Source of the DNA: Psammoneis japonica | Lineage: Eukaryota | Direction: 5' to 3' | NCBI GenBank assembly: GCA_008632985.1 | Contig: QPGO01000010.1 | Span: 744,001 to 808,000 of the forward strand | DNA: 64,000 nt | In this document: piece after piece, positions 14,001 to 26,469 of the stretch | How the letters are laid out: every line of letters starts with the position of its first letter | Position numbering within the stretch: the stretch's first letter is position 1 | The notes under the pieces: generated by a model | Database searches by the model: none | What the model was told of the DNA's origin: nothing | The model's input: only the letters and a program-made list of their open reading frames with translations | Position numbers and translations under genes: made by a program

Positions 14001-14132
14001 AGCTTCTTCGTTGTGGTCGTGCATGTAACTAAAGGATTACTTCCGTTTTTATCATTGCCTTAAATCAGAGGACACATTTATCCCCTCAGCTTCTGTTGTA
14101 AAATCTAAGAAGTCATCCAGGAAGCCATTGGG

Positions 14133-14470
14133 GAACTATAGCTATCGTATTGTATCGTATAGTATTGAACACTAGCTGTCAAACACTAGCTGCCACGTCG
14201 CATCGAATACTATCCATCGTATCACATCAAATACTACCAGCAGCTATCGATTACTACTATCTGTCGCATCGTGTCAAATGCTAGTACTCTAGCTTTTGGA
14301 TGCTAGCTACCCTATCGTACAGTATCGAATGCTAGCTACCCTGTCGTACAGTATCGAATGCTGGCTATTGGCTATCGCATCGAATGCGAATGCCACCGGT
14401 AGCTATCGAACACTACCTACCCAGTATGTGTTGAATGCCAGCTATCGTACTCCCATCCTTATTAGCATAT
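14133..14470. repeat. TpA-rich simple repeat tract (AGCTATCG/TATCGAAT/GCTAGCTAC units)
   Basis: Repeated gctatcg, tatcgaatgct and ctagctacc words. Confidence 0.75.
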
Positions 14471-15659
14471 CTCCAACACTTGTCACCTAACTTATCCATT
14501 GCCATTTCAACACTCCTTCCGTATTCGTATCTTATTGTCATCGTGCTGACGGAGGACGCACATAAGTGAAGTAGCGCACTCCAGGTTTTCACAGAACCCC
14601 CCCGCATTGCATCAGTTTTTCCCCTATCCCCATCTTATTCTGTGCTTCTTGTCACAAAGAAGCTCGGGTAACCATGATGTAACTGCACCGAAACAAAAAG
14701 CGCCGTTAGTTACATGCACGGCCGCAACGAAAGGAGCACAGCAAAAATGACCGTGTGCAATGACGATAACGTTCGCCATAACAACGGAATGTTCAATCAC
14801 TCCAGTCAATAGCATTAGAGCCTCTCATGTCACCGCACCAACAGTTTAGCACTTAAACCTGTCAATTCTGATTGGTTGTTTGTCGGCTTGTCATCAACAA
14901 GGTCGAACTCGGGCCGGTGCGCAACATCAACGTAGACGTTATCGATTGTCATACTTACTGTCAGCAGCACGACGCATCAGAAAGCATGCCACTGCAGCAT
15001 GTAGAGGAAGGAGAGGCCGAATAAAAGCACCAGTGGTGACAGGCTGCTTGTCTTGGAAAGGGAGATATAAGTCGCCGAGTAAAGGCATTGGTTCATGCCG
15101 TGAGCAAGCGGCAAGAGACAGAAAATACCTCGTCGACACAAGAGGGGTCTGAGCCCGTTGAAGTGACCCAAGCCGGATGTTATTTAACAGAACAAACGTT
15201 CCCCGTATTTGTTGTCACGAGCACGAGTGGTGTCCGGCAGATTTACATTCTTGTCAAGCACCGGCGTTAACAAGACAGTGTCGTCGGCGATCGGCCCATG
15301 GTAGTGCCGTGAAAAGAAAAAATGGAATCTGAGGCGGTCACAGCAATTCGTCTGTCTGCCCGTCAAACAGGTTGCGTCCATTCATTTTTGTGGGCGTTCG
15401 TCCGCCACCCCACAATCCTCGTTCGTTTTGCACAAGAAAACAAATGACATTGACCATGCTAAGGAAATTGTTTACGGCGGCGTTAATGTTGAAAGTCGAG
15501 CGGCAACCACACCTGTAGAGTCTTTTCCACAAGCCCCATGGGAAGCATGTGGCAGCCACACAGCGATTGCCGATCGATTTGTTCATTCGGGGCTTGCTTT
15601 TTGGCTGTCCAGCAGCTGCTGCTTCTCAGAGCTCTTGTCATCTTTTCTGTTGTGGCTAA

Positions 15660-17160
15660 AATGTTGACAGAAAAAAGAGCTCAATTCCCTCCAGAAAAGA
15701 GTTGCTTCAATGTGCAGGTTGTCTGTGCTTGCTTGATTGCTTTCTCTCTTGTTGTTGTTGGGCCGCTCGACAGGAGTCTCTGGGCCGGGGACACGCTGCT
15801 TTGGGCAGCTTGTTGGTGTGGCCTCAAGGGCTCAAAAAGTTGCAATGCATGCATGGTTGACATTGGAAAGTTGAAAAGCTTGCTTCAACACCACAAAGAT
15901 GGCAAAGGCAAAGAGAGTGCATGTTTGATGGAAAGCAGAGCAGCACAGACAATGATGGCAAAGAGCGCCGCAGTGAAGAGAAAAAGAGAGGCGCACCTGT
16001 GAGGCAGTTGACAGCCATGACACTTCTGTGGAAAGACACAACCTCTTAAAGTGGGTCATCAGCAAAAAGTGACAGGTTTTGTTCACAAAATGCAGCAGCA
16101 CAAGCACATCACACTGTGTTGAAAAATGACAACAGATGTGCAGGGCCAACAAACATCTGCCAAGCTTTGCACACATCATGGACAGTCATTGAATGAACAC
16201 ACTGATTGTTGCCCATGAAAAAAAAACAGAGGGGGACAAAAAAGGAGAAAGAAGCGCAGAAAACAAAAGGCAGCAGGAGCTGGGTGGACGTGCACTTTTG
16301 TGGTTGTTGATTTCATGTTGATTGATTGTGTGCACACTTCATTGATTGCTTTGCTTGATTGGTGCTGGTTTGTAAAGAGTGAGCAAAGCAGCTGTCAAGG
16401 CACAATCATGTGTTTTTTTTGCAGGCTCCTCCTGTGCATGACGAGAAAAAGAAGAGAGGCTAAAGTTGGAAGCACGTGAGGAGAGTGATGCCACCAGTGC
16501 TGCACCTCCACTCCTTTTTTCTTTCTTTGTGAGAAACAACAAAAGCCTTGTGTGCACCATCACAAGCACAGTTGTCTTGAGTCCTTGGAGCAGCCAAGCA
16601 ATGGGGCAGAGTCTCTTCTTGTTGTGAAGAAAAAATGTGCTTCTCAAAACAGCGGCCAGACAGCCTGCCTGTCTTGTGAAAGCACATCATCACATCATGT
16701 TTGCAAATGCACCATGCCAGTGCAGTGGGCAGAAAAACATCATTGTGAAGTCTTTTTGAGCAAGTTTTGACAACCACAGCATTTGGAGAAATGCGAGCGT
16801 CAACTGTGTTGTGGTTGTCAGTGCACTGGCTGTCCGGCAGCACCCAGCAGGGCACAGAAGAAGAAAGAAACTCAAAGAAGCACTGCACCTGGAGGTGGCT
16901 GACAAGGTTGGCAACAGTGGGGATGAGCTGACTGGATGGCGAGACGGTCCTGTTTTTTTTTTTTGTCAGAGTTCCCACCTTGTTGCCGCTCCATTGTCGC
17001 GGTGCTTCATCCGTGAGCGGAGGCCTCCAACAATCGAGATTTTCTGGTGCAGACACCCACGCAGTTCTACGTGGATTTGAAAATTTGGGCAAGACACACA
17101 GGCATTCAGGCATGCTGAATGCTGAATGCACTCAAGTGTGCGAGAGGTGCGAGCGAGGCC
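15660..17160. repeat. Decayed repeat block; TpA- and CpG-depleted
   Basis: Near absence of TA, excess of TG/CA, and Cys/His-rich meaningless ORFs in all frames. Confidence 0.65.
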
Positions 17161-17334
17161 ACATTAATAGCCCACTTTCAACTTTGACTTACTCAGGACT
17201 CGTGCTTCTGTGTGCAAGTTGGAAGCAGGGGATCTGGGATCTGAGATCTTGTTGTTGTCATCAGTCATCACTCGGTCCTGCAATCATCCTTCGATTAAGA
17301 CGCCGAAAGCTACAGATGGGCGAATCTGGATCTC

Positions 17335-18553
17335 ATGACCCATCCGCTCATGGTAGACGACGAGTCTCCATCTCCACCAGAGCAAAATGAAAGCAACGAA
17401 CAATCTGAGGAGTCGAGCAGTCGGTGGTCTTACTTCAAGTCGGGTGACTTTGTTGAATTGGTGTGCTGTACAGTCTTTTGTGTCGTCGCTTCTACATGCT
17501 TACTCGGGACGTCTGCTCGAGAACGACCCATTCCATTTCAGTTATTGGATAGTTCCGGCGACAGAGTCTTGAACTTGTATCTTGCAGAAGATCTGGAAGA
17601 CGAGACGATATCAGGTGAAGTTCGCTGCACTCGTCTTGTTGCCGTGGCCTATATCTTTGTAACTGACCATTTCATTTCACGAAAGTTTCAAAGTAAATTC
17701 GTGTCGAAGTTGACTTTTCGCTCACGCTGATTCGTTTTGTTCCTGCTGTACCGCCAATCTGCAGACGCTCTTTTGGTCGTACTTTCTGTAATAATCCCTT
17801 TTGTTATACAAATGTAAGATTATCAATATGCGTTCTTTTCGCTTTCTCGTATGTTCAAGTCTCACCAAACTTGAAACCTTTCTCGTCCTATTCAATGTAA
17901 AAAAGGATACTTACAAAGGCCTTCTACGTGAAAGGGGACGCCCACTCCACTGTATGCGTGTACCTCATTGCAGTGGGCATCAATGTCGTGCTGATGGAAT
18001 TCCTAAAGAATTACGTTGGGTACCTCCGACCTCACTTTTATGCCGATTGTCAACCGGACGAGAACTTTGAACAGTGCACAAACAATAGCTCTGACAAGTC
18101 ACGGAGGTCCTTTCCCTCGGGGCACGCGAGTTTGTCTTTTTGTGGATTGACACTATTCTCATTGTACTTGCTTCGAAGATTTGGATGCTACAACAGCTCG
18201 TGTCTCGTTAGTGTTGAGGAACGACAAGAGGACGGAAGCACAGTTGTCTTGCTGAAATATCAAAAGCCTCCTCGGTACAAACGGGCCGTGTCGCTCCTCT
18301 GCGTGTCGCCAATACTACTCGCCTTCTTTATTTCCGCATCTAGAATTGTCGACAACTTTCATTTCCCGGCGGATGTGGTGGGAGGGGGTGTCATTGGCGT
18401 TGGTATTGCAGTATTTTCGCACGGTCTGTGGTAAGTAGCATACGGTGGTTCATCGGTGATCGTCTCGTGAATGCTTGTTGATTCAATATTTGAAATACTG
18501 AATTGTGATTATTTCCTCTTCTCCACAGGTTTCCATCATGGTCTTCGCTTTGA
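17335..18553 (+). CDS. PAP2-family lipid phosphate phosphatase (about 4 exons)
   Basis: Catalytic motifs KNYVGYLRP, SFPSGH and SRIVDNFHFPADV; TM helices; GT-AG introns, the last at 18432-18528; stop TGA at 18551-18553. Confidence 0.9.
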
Positions 18554-18901
18554 GATGAGGAAAGTCACCAGCACGTTGATTCAGTGGGAGCATACCTTAC
18601 ACAGATACTGTAGATTGGGTCGTTTGGAGGTCAAGAAAACGAGTGACGGCAGCGCTCTTTGTGGAAAGAATCGCGTCCCTACTGTTGCTTCGGATTAGCA
18701 AATACTCTACCATTTACAGCTAAATTACGGTGCAAATAGGAATCGATATGTGTGGATACCATTACAGTATGGTTCGATTCTATACGCCTTCCTCATCAAG
18801 CCCCAGATTCCTGTTGTCAGGCGAGAGTACTCTAATCGATCCCTTTCTCCATACACCACCGCCCCAAGCCTCGTCAACCCCACGACATTTCAAGTGCAGT
18901 G

Positions 18902-20779
18902 CTACGAAAGGCGGCGACGTTTGGCTGTGTCGGAACACTCATCAGCTCCTGGAAAGTATGATGTAATGACCTGTTGTTTCATCCTGCAAAATCTGCAGCT
19001 ACATACAATGCCACACTTTTCGCATGAGCCTTGGCAACCCGGGCCCGCGGTTCTTTTCACCATGTTGCATTCACCGCATGATTCAAAGAGGCAACGTCCG
19101 CACGTGACGTTTGTTTCGCACTTTGGGCAAAAGACATTTTCACAGCTATCACAACGGATTTCGTACTCTGAATCTTCACAAACTCCGCAAAAGCTCTCCC
19201 CACAAACGAAGCAATCGGAAACGGTAGAACAACCCCGACAAGACAGAGAAGAACAATTAGGCCTACTACATTCATCGGTAGGCTTGCACTCGTTGCAAAA
19301 CAACGCGTCGCAGAAACTGCAGCTTTGACCAACGTCCTCGCAGTCGTCACAAAAGCGCTCATTGCAGATGCTGCACTTTTTCACCTGTTGACAGCTCATA
19401 CAGAACGCGTCCTTGCAAACACTGCATTGCTGGCTACTGCTGCACTTTTCGCAGATTGTGTCGGAGCATCGGCAGCAATTGACCACATAGCGACATGAAT
19501 TGCAAAATGTGCCGTCACAGACAACGCAATACGTAGAGTCCCCGCACTCTCCACAGAAGAAATTATCGCAGTCTACGCACGCAAATTCGAGGCAATCGTC
19601 ACAGCAAGGTTTTGAACACTGCTTGCAGAGTTCCACACAGTTGCACTTGTTGCAATAGCTGTAATGACAAAGATGGCATTCGGTCAATTCATCACACCCT
19701 TCGCAGTAGAATACATCGCAAGAGTCACAATAGCGTGTGGCTTGACATATCTCACAGTAAGTTTTCCCGCAGACAGCGCATCCAGAGACCATTCCACAGA
19801 ATCGACAAGATGTTTTTAAACAAGTCTCGCAAGAACTTGTATCTCGGCAAGGGGCACAATACAATTTACTGCAAAAGTCGCAACGTTCCACGTCTCGACA
19901 TTCATCGCAAAAGGGCTTGTCGCAACGATCACAACATTTCACTGACTTGCATTGATCACAGAATGGAGTCAAACACTCGTAGCAAGCCAAGATCTCGGGA
20001 CCACATTGCCTGCAATACGTGCTCCTGCACTGACCGCAAAAGCAGAAAGGTGCCCACGCATCTAGAACCTCTTTTTCAACGACGTCCGCAATAACTTGTT
20101 CACAGTTGTTACAAGAAGTTCGTTGATCTTGCATCTGTCGCGCTAAAGCTTGATGAGTTCTATCATAGAATCTTCTTATGTCGTAAGAAAAACAATCTTG
20201 AAAGTTCGTCCGATCGTCTTGCCGACGAAACTTGACCACTTTCAAACCTCCTCCGTCCTGAGATTCCTTATCAGCAGAAATCTCCGCATTGATTGGATAC
20301 ATGGTCTCCAGCACGCCGATTATAAAGGAGTTATGGCGCCACGTTGGGCCCGGGGTATACATTTGCTCTCTGGATTGTCGCAAATCAATCTGCTCAAGTC
20401 GACGTGAATAACAGAGGGGGGAAATGCCGCGGCCTCTGACGGAGTGGCATCCCAAAAGTGAGAGGGATTTCGTCACGTTGAGAGCATTGGCATTGGTGAG
20501 TAGCCTATGAAGATTTGCATCAGATAAATTCCTCGCGTTTGATACCCTCTCAAAGTCAATGTCGACCCAGGCATTGGGGCAGCCTTTGTACACAAACTGT
20601 CGGTACCACGAAGAACACGCCGCCAGGCACACATTCGATTGAACGTCGCCATACGACACGATTGACCTCAGTACCTCTGTTGGAAGCCCACTTAGCACTC
20701 CACAGCCAAGATCTAGTGGGAGTGCTGGGAGTTCCGCCTCGACGGCCGCAGCCGCTGCGTTGCTCTGTGCGTTCCCCAT
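18902..20779 (-). CDS. F-box-like + LRR-like + long CxxC-repeat protein
   Basis: MGNAQS start, LSGLPTEVLRSIV F-box-like segment, LSLLGCHSVRG LRR-like segment, then ~400 aa of CxxC..(F/Y)CxxC repeats. Normal TA and Tyr content. Confidence 0.75.
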   Translation of the reverse strand: MGNAQSNAAAAAVEAELPALPLDLGCGVLSGLPTEVLRSIVSYGDVQSNVCLAACSSWYRQFVYKGCPNAWVDIDFERVSNARNLSDANLHRLLTNANALNVTKSLSLLGCHSVRGRGISPLCYSRRLEQIDLRQSREQMYTPGPTWRHNSFIIGVLETMYPINAEISADKESQDGGGLKVVKFRRQDDRTNFQDCFSYDIRRFYDRTHQALARQMQDQRTSCNNCEQVIADVVEKEVLDAWAPFCFCGQCRSTYCRQCGPEILACYECLTPFCDQCKSVKCCDRCDKPFCDECRDVERCDFCSKLYCAPCRDTSSCETCLKTSCRFCGMVSGCAVCGKTYCEICQATRYCDSCDVFYCEGCDELTECHLCHYSYCNKCNCVELCKQCSKPCCDDCLEFACVDCDNFFCGECGDSTYCVVCDGTFCNSCRYVVNCCRCSDTICEKCSSSQQCSVCKDAFCMSCQQVKKCSICNERFCDDCEDVGQSCSFCDALFCNECKPTDECSRPNCSSLSCRGCSTVSDCFVCGESFCGVCEDSEYEIRCDSCENVFCPKCETNVTCGRCLFESCGECNMVKRTAGPGCQGSCEKCGIVCSCRFCRMKQQVITSYFPGADECSDTAKRRRLS

Positions 20780-21404
20780 GGCCGATGGGAAGTTGTGCGA
20801 TGTGCATCTCATGATATCATGGCGCGTTTTTTGTTGCGCGGTGCTAAACGCGCGCAAAACAGGGCCAGACGAAAGGGGAATTTGGCGCGCGCGGGAGGAG
20901 CTTGCGAGCCAGCCACATCAATCGTGGAAAGAATAATAAAACATTAATGAGTGTAGCTTGTAATTAAAACTGTCATACATGAAATTTTCTTGTAGGATTC
21001 TACGCAATAATCGCTAAAATCAGTCGTGCGAAGTGCACGTAACGCTCGGCTTTATGAAACCCTCACAGATTTTCCGTCGAAACGCGGGAAACGGCACTGT
21101 ACGCTTACGAATAAAAAATGGAAGGTCAAGTGAACCGCCTCCTCATTCATCGTTGCCAAGTCCCGGGTAATCCCACGTCAACCGTTTTGCGTTGCGTTTT
21201 ACACGTGCAGGTTCTCGTACGTAGCATATCGTCAACAACAAGTCTACTGGGCGCCAGTACCATACAAAGCACACCGCTTGCATTCTACATACTGTACGCA
21301 TCTAACGCTTTGCCGCTCCGGTCTTGGAAACAAAACTAGCACGAACTATTCATCGCTCTCATTATATTTCAATCAAAGCAATTACAACCTTTCCGGAATC
21401 AACC

Positions 21405-21974
21405 ATGGTTGTTTGTGAGAGCGTCGTTGTGAATCTGGTTGCATCGCTGCTTCTTAATGGAGTATGTTGTGTCCACTCCATCAACGAAGAAGAAGCGAGG
21501 AAGCGAGAACAACGACAATCACTACAGAAGACGGTTCAAGTAGAATGGCAAAGGCAACGCCTCTTTGACAAAGAGTTACAAGAGCAAGAGCAACTGAACA
21601 CCTTGCAAGTGCAAGACCGACGAAAGTGTCTAATGGAGGCGAAAATGAAGGCGTTGTCGCTGTCATCGAGCAAAGACGCAGGTGAAGAGGCTAAAGCAAA
21701 CGAGATTGCCACGGTTCAGAATTCTTCAAGCTGTTCATTGCCTGCAAGTGCATCACATACGCGATTATCTGAATCTTCCTCTTGTCTTGAGAGCCCCTCC
21801 ATGATCATGTCACAACGACATACACGATCGACACCGCTAGGTCGGGTGGAAGTATCACGGCGAATATCAAGAGCACGTGAATACGAATCTGACCTGTCAA
21901 TGTCGTCGCTAATGGACGAACTCGAGGACGAAGATGAGGACGAAGAGCCCTTCGAGGAAGTGACAATACCTTGA
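21405..21974 (+). CDS. Hypothetical coiled-coil protein
   Basis: Single-exon ORF with a hydrophobic N-terminus, an E/Q/K-rich helix and an acidic C-terminus. Confidence 0.6.
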   Translation: MVVCESVVVNLVASLLLNGVCCVHSINEEEARKREQRQSLQKTVQVEWQRQRLFDKELQEQEQLNTLQVQDRRKCLMEAKMKALSLSSSKDAGEEAKANEIATVQNSSSCSLPASASHTRLSESSSCLESPSMIMSQRHTRSTPLGRVEVSRRISRAREYESDLSMSSLMDELEDEDEDEEPFEEVTIP

Positions 21975-22269
21975 GAGACAAATGTAACAAAACGCGCAAA
22001 CGCGAGGATGCGAAACCTTTTTGTCCCAGTGTGTTTCATCTTCTCCTCTACCTATATTGTACCTTAACAATCATTTTTAAGATTTATAGATTCCGTCAAA
22101 CAACACTCCTTCAGTACAGTACGACCAAGAAGAAGTTAATGTGGCTTGCTTCATTTGCACAACAAACCGCTACGTGTACAAAAAAGTATCATGAATGAGA
22201 ATTCTTATACTGTATTGTGAGCGAATCACAACGGATTCAGAGTAATGAATGGTCCCCAACGAGTCCGAA

Positions 22270-25200
22270 TCACCAGATTGAGCCCATGCCATTTGGATTG
22301 GTTCCTCCAAGGTTTCCTCCGGTTCCCCAATTTCCAGAACCTCCTCCGTTCTCCTTGCTAGGATCGTTGAAGATATTGTCCAGAGTCCCAAGCGAACGTG
22401 CTGTATGAATGCTCCCGATGGACGACGTTGGGTCGTTCACACCAAATGATGGCAATCCACCAACAGCAGCACCTGGGGCCCCAGCATTCGCTGTGCCAGA
22501 TGTACCCCAAATGTCTCCGACTGAAGATGAGGTGCCGAGCGAAACCGGTTCCAACAACGAAGAGCCAGCCGGAGCGCCAGCAACAGACGACGCTGCACTA
22601 GCAGCGGGAGACTGGTCCATTGCGCTACTAACCCTCGCAGATGCAGAAGGTAGAAGGGACGGCGACCCTGATGAAAGTCCTCCAAAACCTCCTAGAAGGG
22701 AGCTCACCGCGTCGTCACTTGCCTGTCCACCGTACCCATGAGCCCCCAAGTCAGACGCGGACCGCGAAACACCTGGCGAAGGGCGTAAGAAAGCCGCGGG
22801 AGATGGCGACGGTGCTGATGCAACCTTTACGTTCTGGCTCGGAGCGGGTTTGAAGTTCGTCGGAACGAAAGCTTTTGCAGTTGCACGGATTTCGCCCAGT
22901 GGGTTGTCCTCCTCCACGACTTCATGTCGTGTAGGCGTGTTTGGTGCAGAAGCGGACGGGCGGAAACCGGGTGGTGGCGTAGACGACGATAGACTCATTC
23001 CCGGCGGTCCATTGTGCGTGGCTGGCGCCATATTCACCCGGATATCCCTAGGAGGCCTTCCACTACCAGCAGACGATACCGTGCCATCTTCAGGAGGAAT
23101 CATCGAAAGCTGAGGATCTGCATATGCTTCGCCGCCCATCTGAGAGTATTCGTAAGAGTGCGACTCATGATTAGGAGCTCGCTGCATCTCGGCACGCATG
23201 GCTGGTCGAGTCTGCTGCGCCTGCGCAAAAGAGCCAGAATACCCAGGAGGTGCATTGCTCATCACCGGCATTGCCATTCTCATTCCCGGAACAGGAGCTA
23301 CACCCATTTGATTACTCGGCGGAGAAGACTGGGGTCGGGGAGTATGCATCGGGTATTGGGTTACACCAGGGACAAAACTTCCAACAGGACGAATCTTCCC
23401 ATTGCTCTGCAACAAATGGGTGGGAGTTCCCATCGGCTGCTGCTGCACAGACGGACTTTTTTCACTCGCTGCAGGTAACACCGACGGACCCGCAGCCGGA
23501 GCATAGGCAGCCTGTTGCGGGACTCCCACATTGTGGGTGACGACCTTTGCAGGCTGGGTCGCCGCCATTCTACTCATGGCTGCGCGCTGAGCCTCCGCCC
23601 GTGCACGCCTCTCCATCTCCTGCGTCAGTTTCGCTTGTGCTTCCTCTCGCTGGCGCGCCTGCTCACGGTTATTCCACTCACGATTACGGCGACGTTGCTC
23701 CTCCCGTTTCGCGGCCAATTTCTGAGCAGCGATCCGAGCCTCCTCCTCGCGCTTCGATGCTTCCAACAAGTTTTGCTGTGCGATAGCTGCAGCCTGTTCA
23801 CGCTGCTCCTGTGCCTTCTTCTTTTTTTCGAGTGGAGCGTTCGGATCTGTAAAGGGAACCTCCTCCACTTCGTCTGCTTTCTGTTTACCATCTGAATCCT
23901 CATCAGGCGCGGGTGGCGCGGGTACCGGTTCACCCGATTCCTGAGCAAATATCCACATGACTACATCATCAGGAGTGGCACGTTCCACACCTCCTAAAGC
24001 CTTAACAGCAGCACTGATCTGCTCCGAAGAAAAACCCATTCCCAGAAGCGCGGAGATCATGGGATCTTCCGCTTCTTTTATTTGCGGGGGGGCATTACTC
24101 GGGGGTGGCTTTTTCGCCTGTTCAATCTCTGCCTGATTCTTCTTTTCTTTCTTTTTCTTCTTCTTTTTGTTCTTGGACAGATCCTCACTCGACGACGACT
24201 TGCTCGGTATTTTCGCGTCGCTCTTTTCCTCGCTCGCAGTTTCAGTATCAGGGGCCTCATTAGGTAGCGGTGTATATCCATTCTGCTCCACATCTATCAT
24301 TCTCTCAATAACCTTTTCTAGTACGCGTTGAAAACGACGTCGCTCGTTCGAATTATCCAAATGCGCCTCTGTCATATCTGACAATGCATCACCGTGACTT
24401 TCGAGCGTCTTGTCGTGCTTTCCTGCTCGAACAATTTCAGCCAATTCTCGTGCCGTGATTCCTTGTCCGTTGCTGAGGTGGAAAAGAAACAGAGCAGAGC
24501 GTCAACGTTGTGCTCTGCAGCGTATCAATACACAAACAACTCCGCGTGGCATAATTACCTGATTCGCCATGTCTTTGATTCATCAGTAGCCTTCTGCAAA
24601 TCACAGCCCTCCTTTAGCAAAACTTCCACGATTTCGCTGGATCCCGAAACAACAGCGTAGTGCAGTGGCGCCCACCCAGAATCCTGGCATTCGGTTGAAC
24701 GATACGACTCAGGTAGTACAGACGAATCTTCCTTCATCGCAGACGCCGCTCGCTGTAATAGCAGTTTTGCAAAGTATGAATCCCCATTGAAACAAGCCGT
24801 GTGAATTGCTGCTCGCCCATTGCGTCTACAACTAAACCCAAGTTGCACAGACCAGTTCAAGATAAAATTCGTCAGTGTTTGTCTCGCCTCTCGTCCTTCT
24901 TCGACAACCTGTCGACTTTTAGCAATGCAGTTCGGCAAAAGGTATTCCATATGTGTCTTGATAAACGCTTGAGTTTCCTCCTCACTCTCGTCATGCGTTT
25001 TAGGGGGTCGCAGTGGGCTTTCACCCAGCAGCGTTTCTAATTTGGAGACTTCATTAGATTGACATGCTGTGACCACTCGACTTCGCCACGACAATACCAA
25101 CTTTTCTCGTTTCTTTTGCGCGGCTTGTAATGCTTTCAGTTCCTTTTCTTTCTTTTGCTTTTCCTTCTGACGTTTCTTTCTTTCTCGCTTCTTTTCAGCT

Positions 25201-26129
25201 TTTCTTGCTCGCTCCTCTTCTTGCAAGGCATCGTCCAGTTCCACTTGTTCTATTGCCGTAAGTGCATCAGGTGAAAGATTATCAGTATCGCCGTCTCTAT
25301 TGGAATCGTCTTTCGTTGGAGCATCCTTTTCCCCAGCAGTCTGTTTACCCGTTGCAGAAAGAGGCGACTCATCAAGATCGGGTATGCTGTCGTCGTCTAC
25401 GTCCGAGTCCTCGTAGTAATTGCTAAACTCTCGATTCACACCAGCAGCCGCCGCCATTGCAGCCGCGGCGGCACCTGATGACCACCCGCCAGGTGGAGAA
25501 GAACCTTCGCTACTACCGGATTCGCCAAACATGAAAACAGGATGATAAGAACCGCCATCGCCACTGGAACTGCCGCTGGCCACAAAGCTCTTTGCCCCTT
25601 GCGAACCACTCATGGGTCGCGGCGCCCTTTTACTACTGCCACTATTATCAGAATCCATCGACATGCCCATAATTTCAACAAACATGGACATCAGCGCCTT
25701 CATCTCTGCTTCTGAACACGGTGGTCCCTTCTCGCCACTCGATGATCGACTCGCCGCCGCTGCTGCTGTAGCAAAATCAAGACTGCCCGACTGAGCTAGG
25801 GCTGCTAAATCAAGACTTCCAAAAGACACGGACGATCCAGAGGGAGGAGGACGACTCGGGCCATAGGGTCTGTTGTTGCTACCCGAACGAGAAGACGACT
25901 CCTGATTGGCTGAGGATGAGGAATTGGAGGAGCTCTTTTCCCATGCTGCCGCTGCTGCAGCTGTTGCCTGAGAGAGGTACTGAGCAGCAACCTCCGGAGG
26001 TAACGACTGCGGAAACGACGTTACACGCAGAGTTTGGCGCTTTCCCTTTCGTGATTTAGAAGAAGAATCGGTATTCCCTCTCGCAGACGAGGATTCATCG
26101 CTACGATTGCTCTTTTTGCTGTTATCCAT
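22270..26129 (-). CDS. Ankyrin-repeat + UBA-like domain protein (2 exons)
   Basis: Ankyrin motifs GRAAIHTACFNG and GWAPLHYAVVSGSSEIVEVLLKEG; UBA-like ISALLGMGFSSEQISAAV; intron 24473-24558 joins the two ORFs in frame. Confidence 0.85.
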
Positions 26130-26469
26130 ATTGCCCCGAACGACTGTTTTTCGTCGTCGTTCTCTGACTTTACGGAACCTTCACACACTCAATGATCTGG
26201 TGAAGTGGAAGACAGCAACAGAGGATGCTTCTTGGTTGTTTTAAAAGACCTGAGGAACAGTCACACACCAATCACCGTCGTTTAGTTGCCCACGGACCAG
26301 TGGCACGTTGGATGGTTGCCCGCTTCAAGCGCCACGAGGAAACATTATTGCGTCGATCGTACGTGAATTGTAGTATACATTCTACAGAGTTTGTCTCAGC
26401 CAATGAAAACTCTTTATTCTGGCTGACGTTGAATAATTCTGTCTGCCTGTTGTCAGTCTCTTTGGACTG

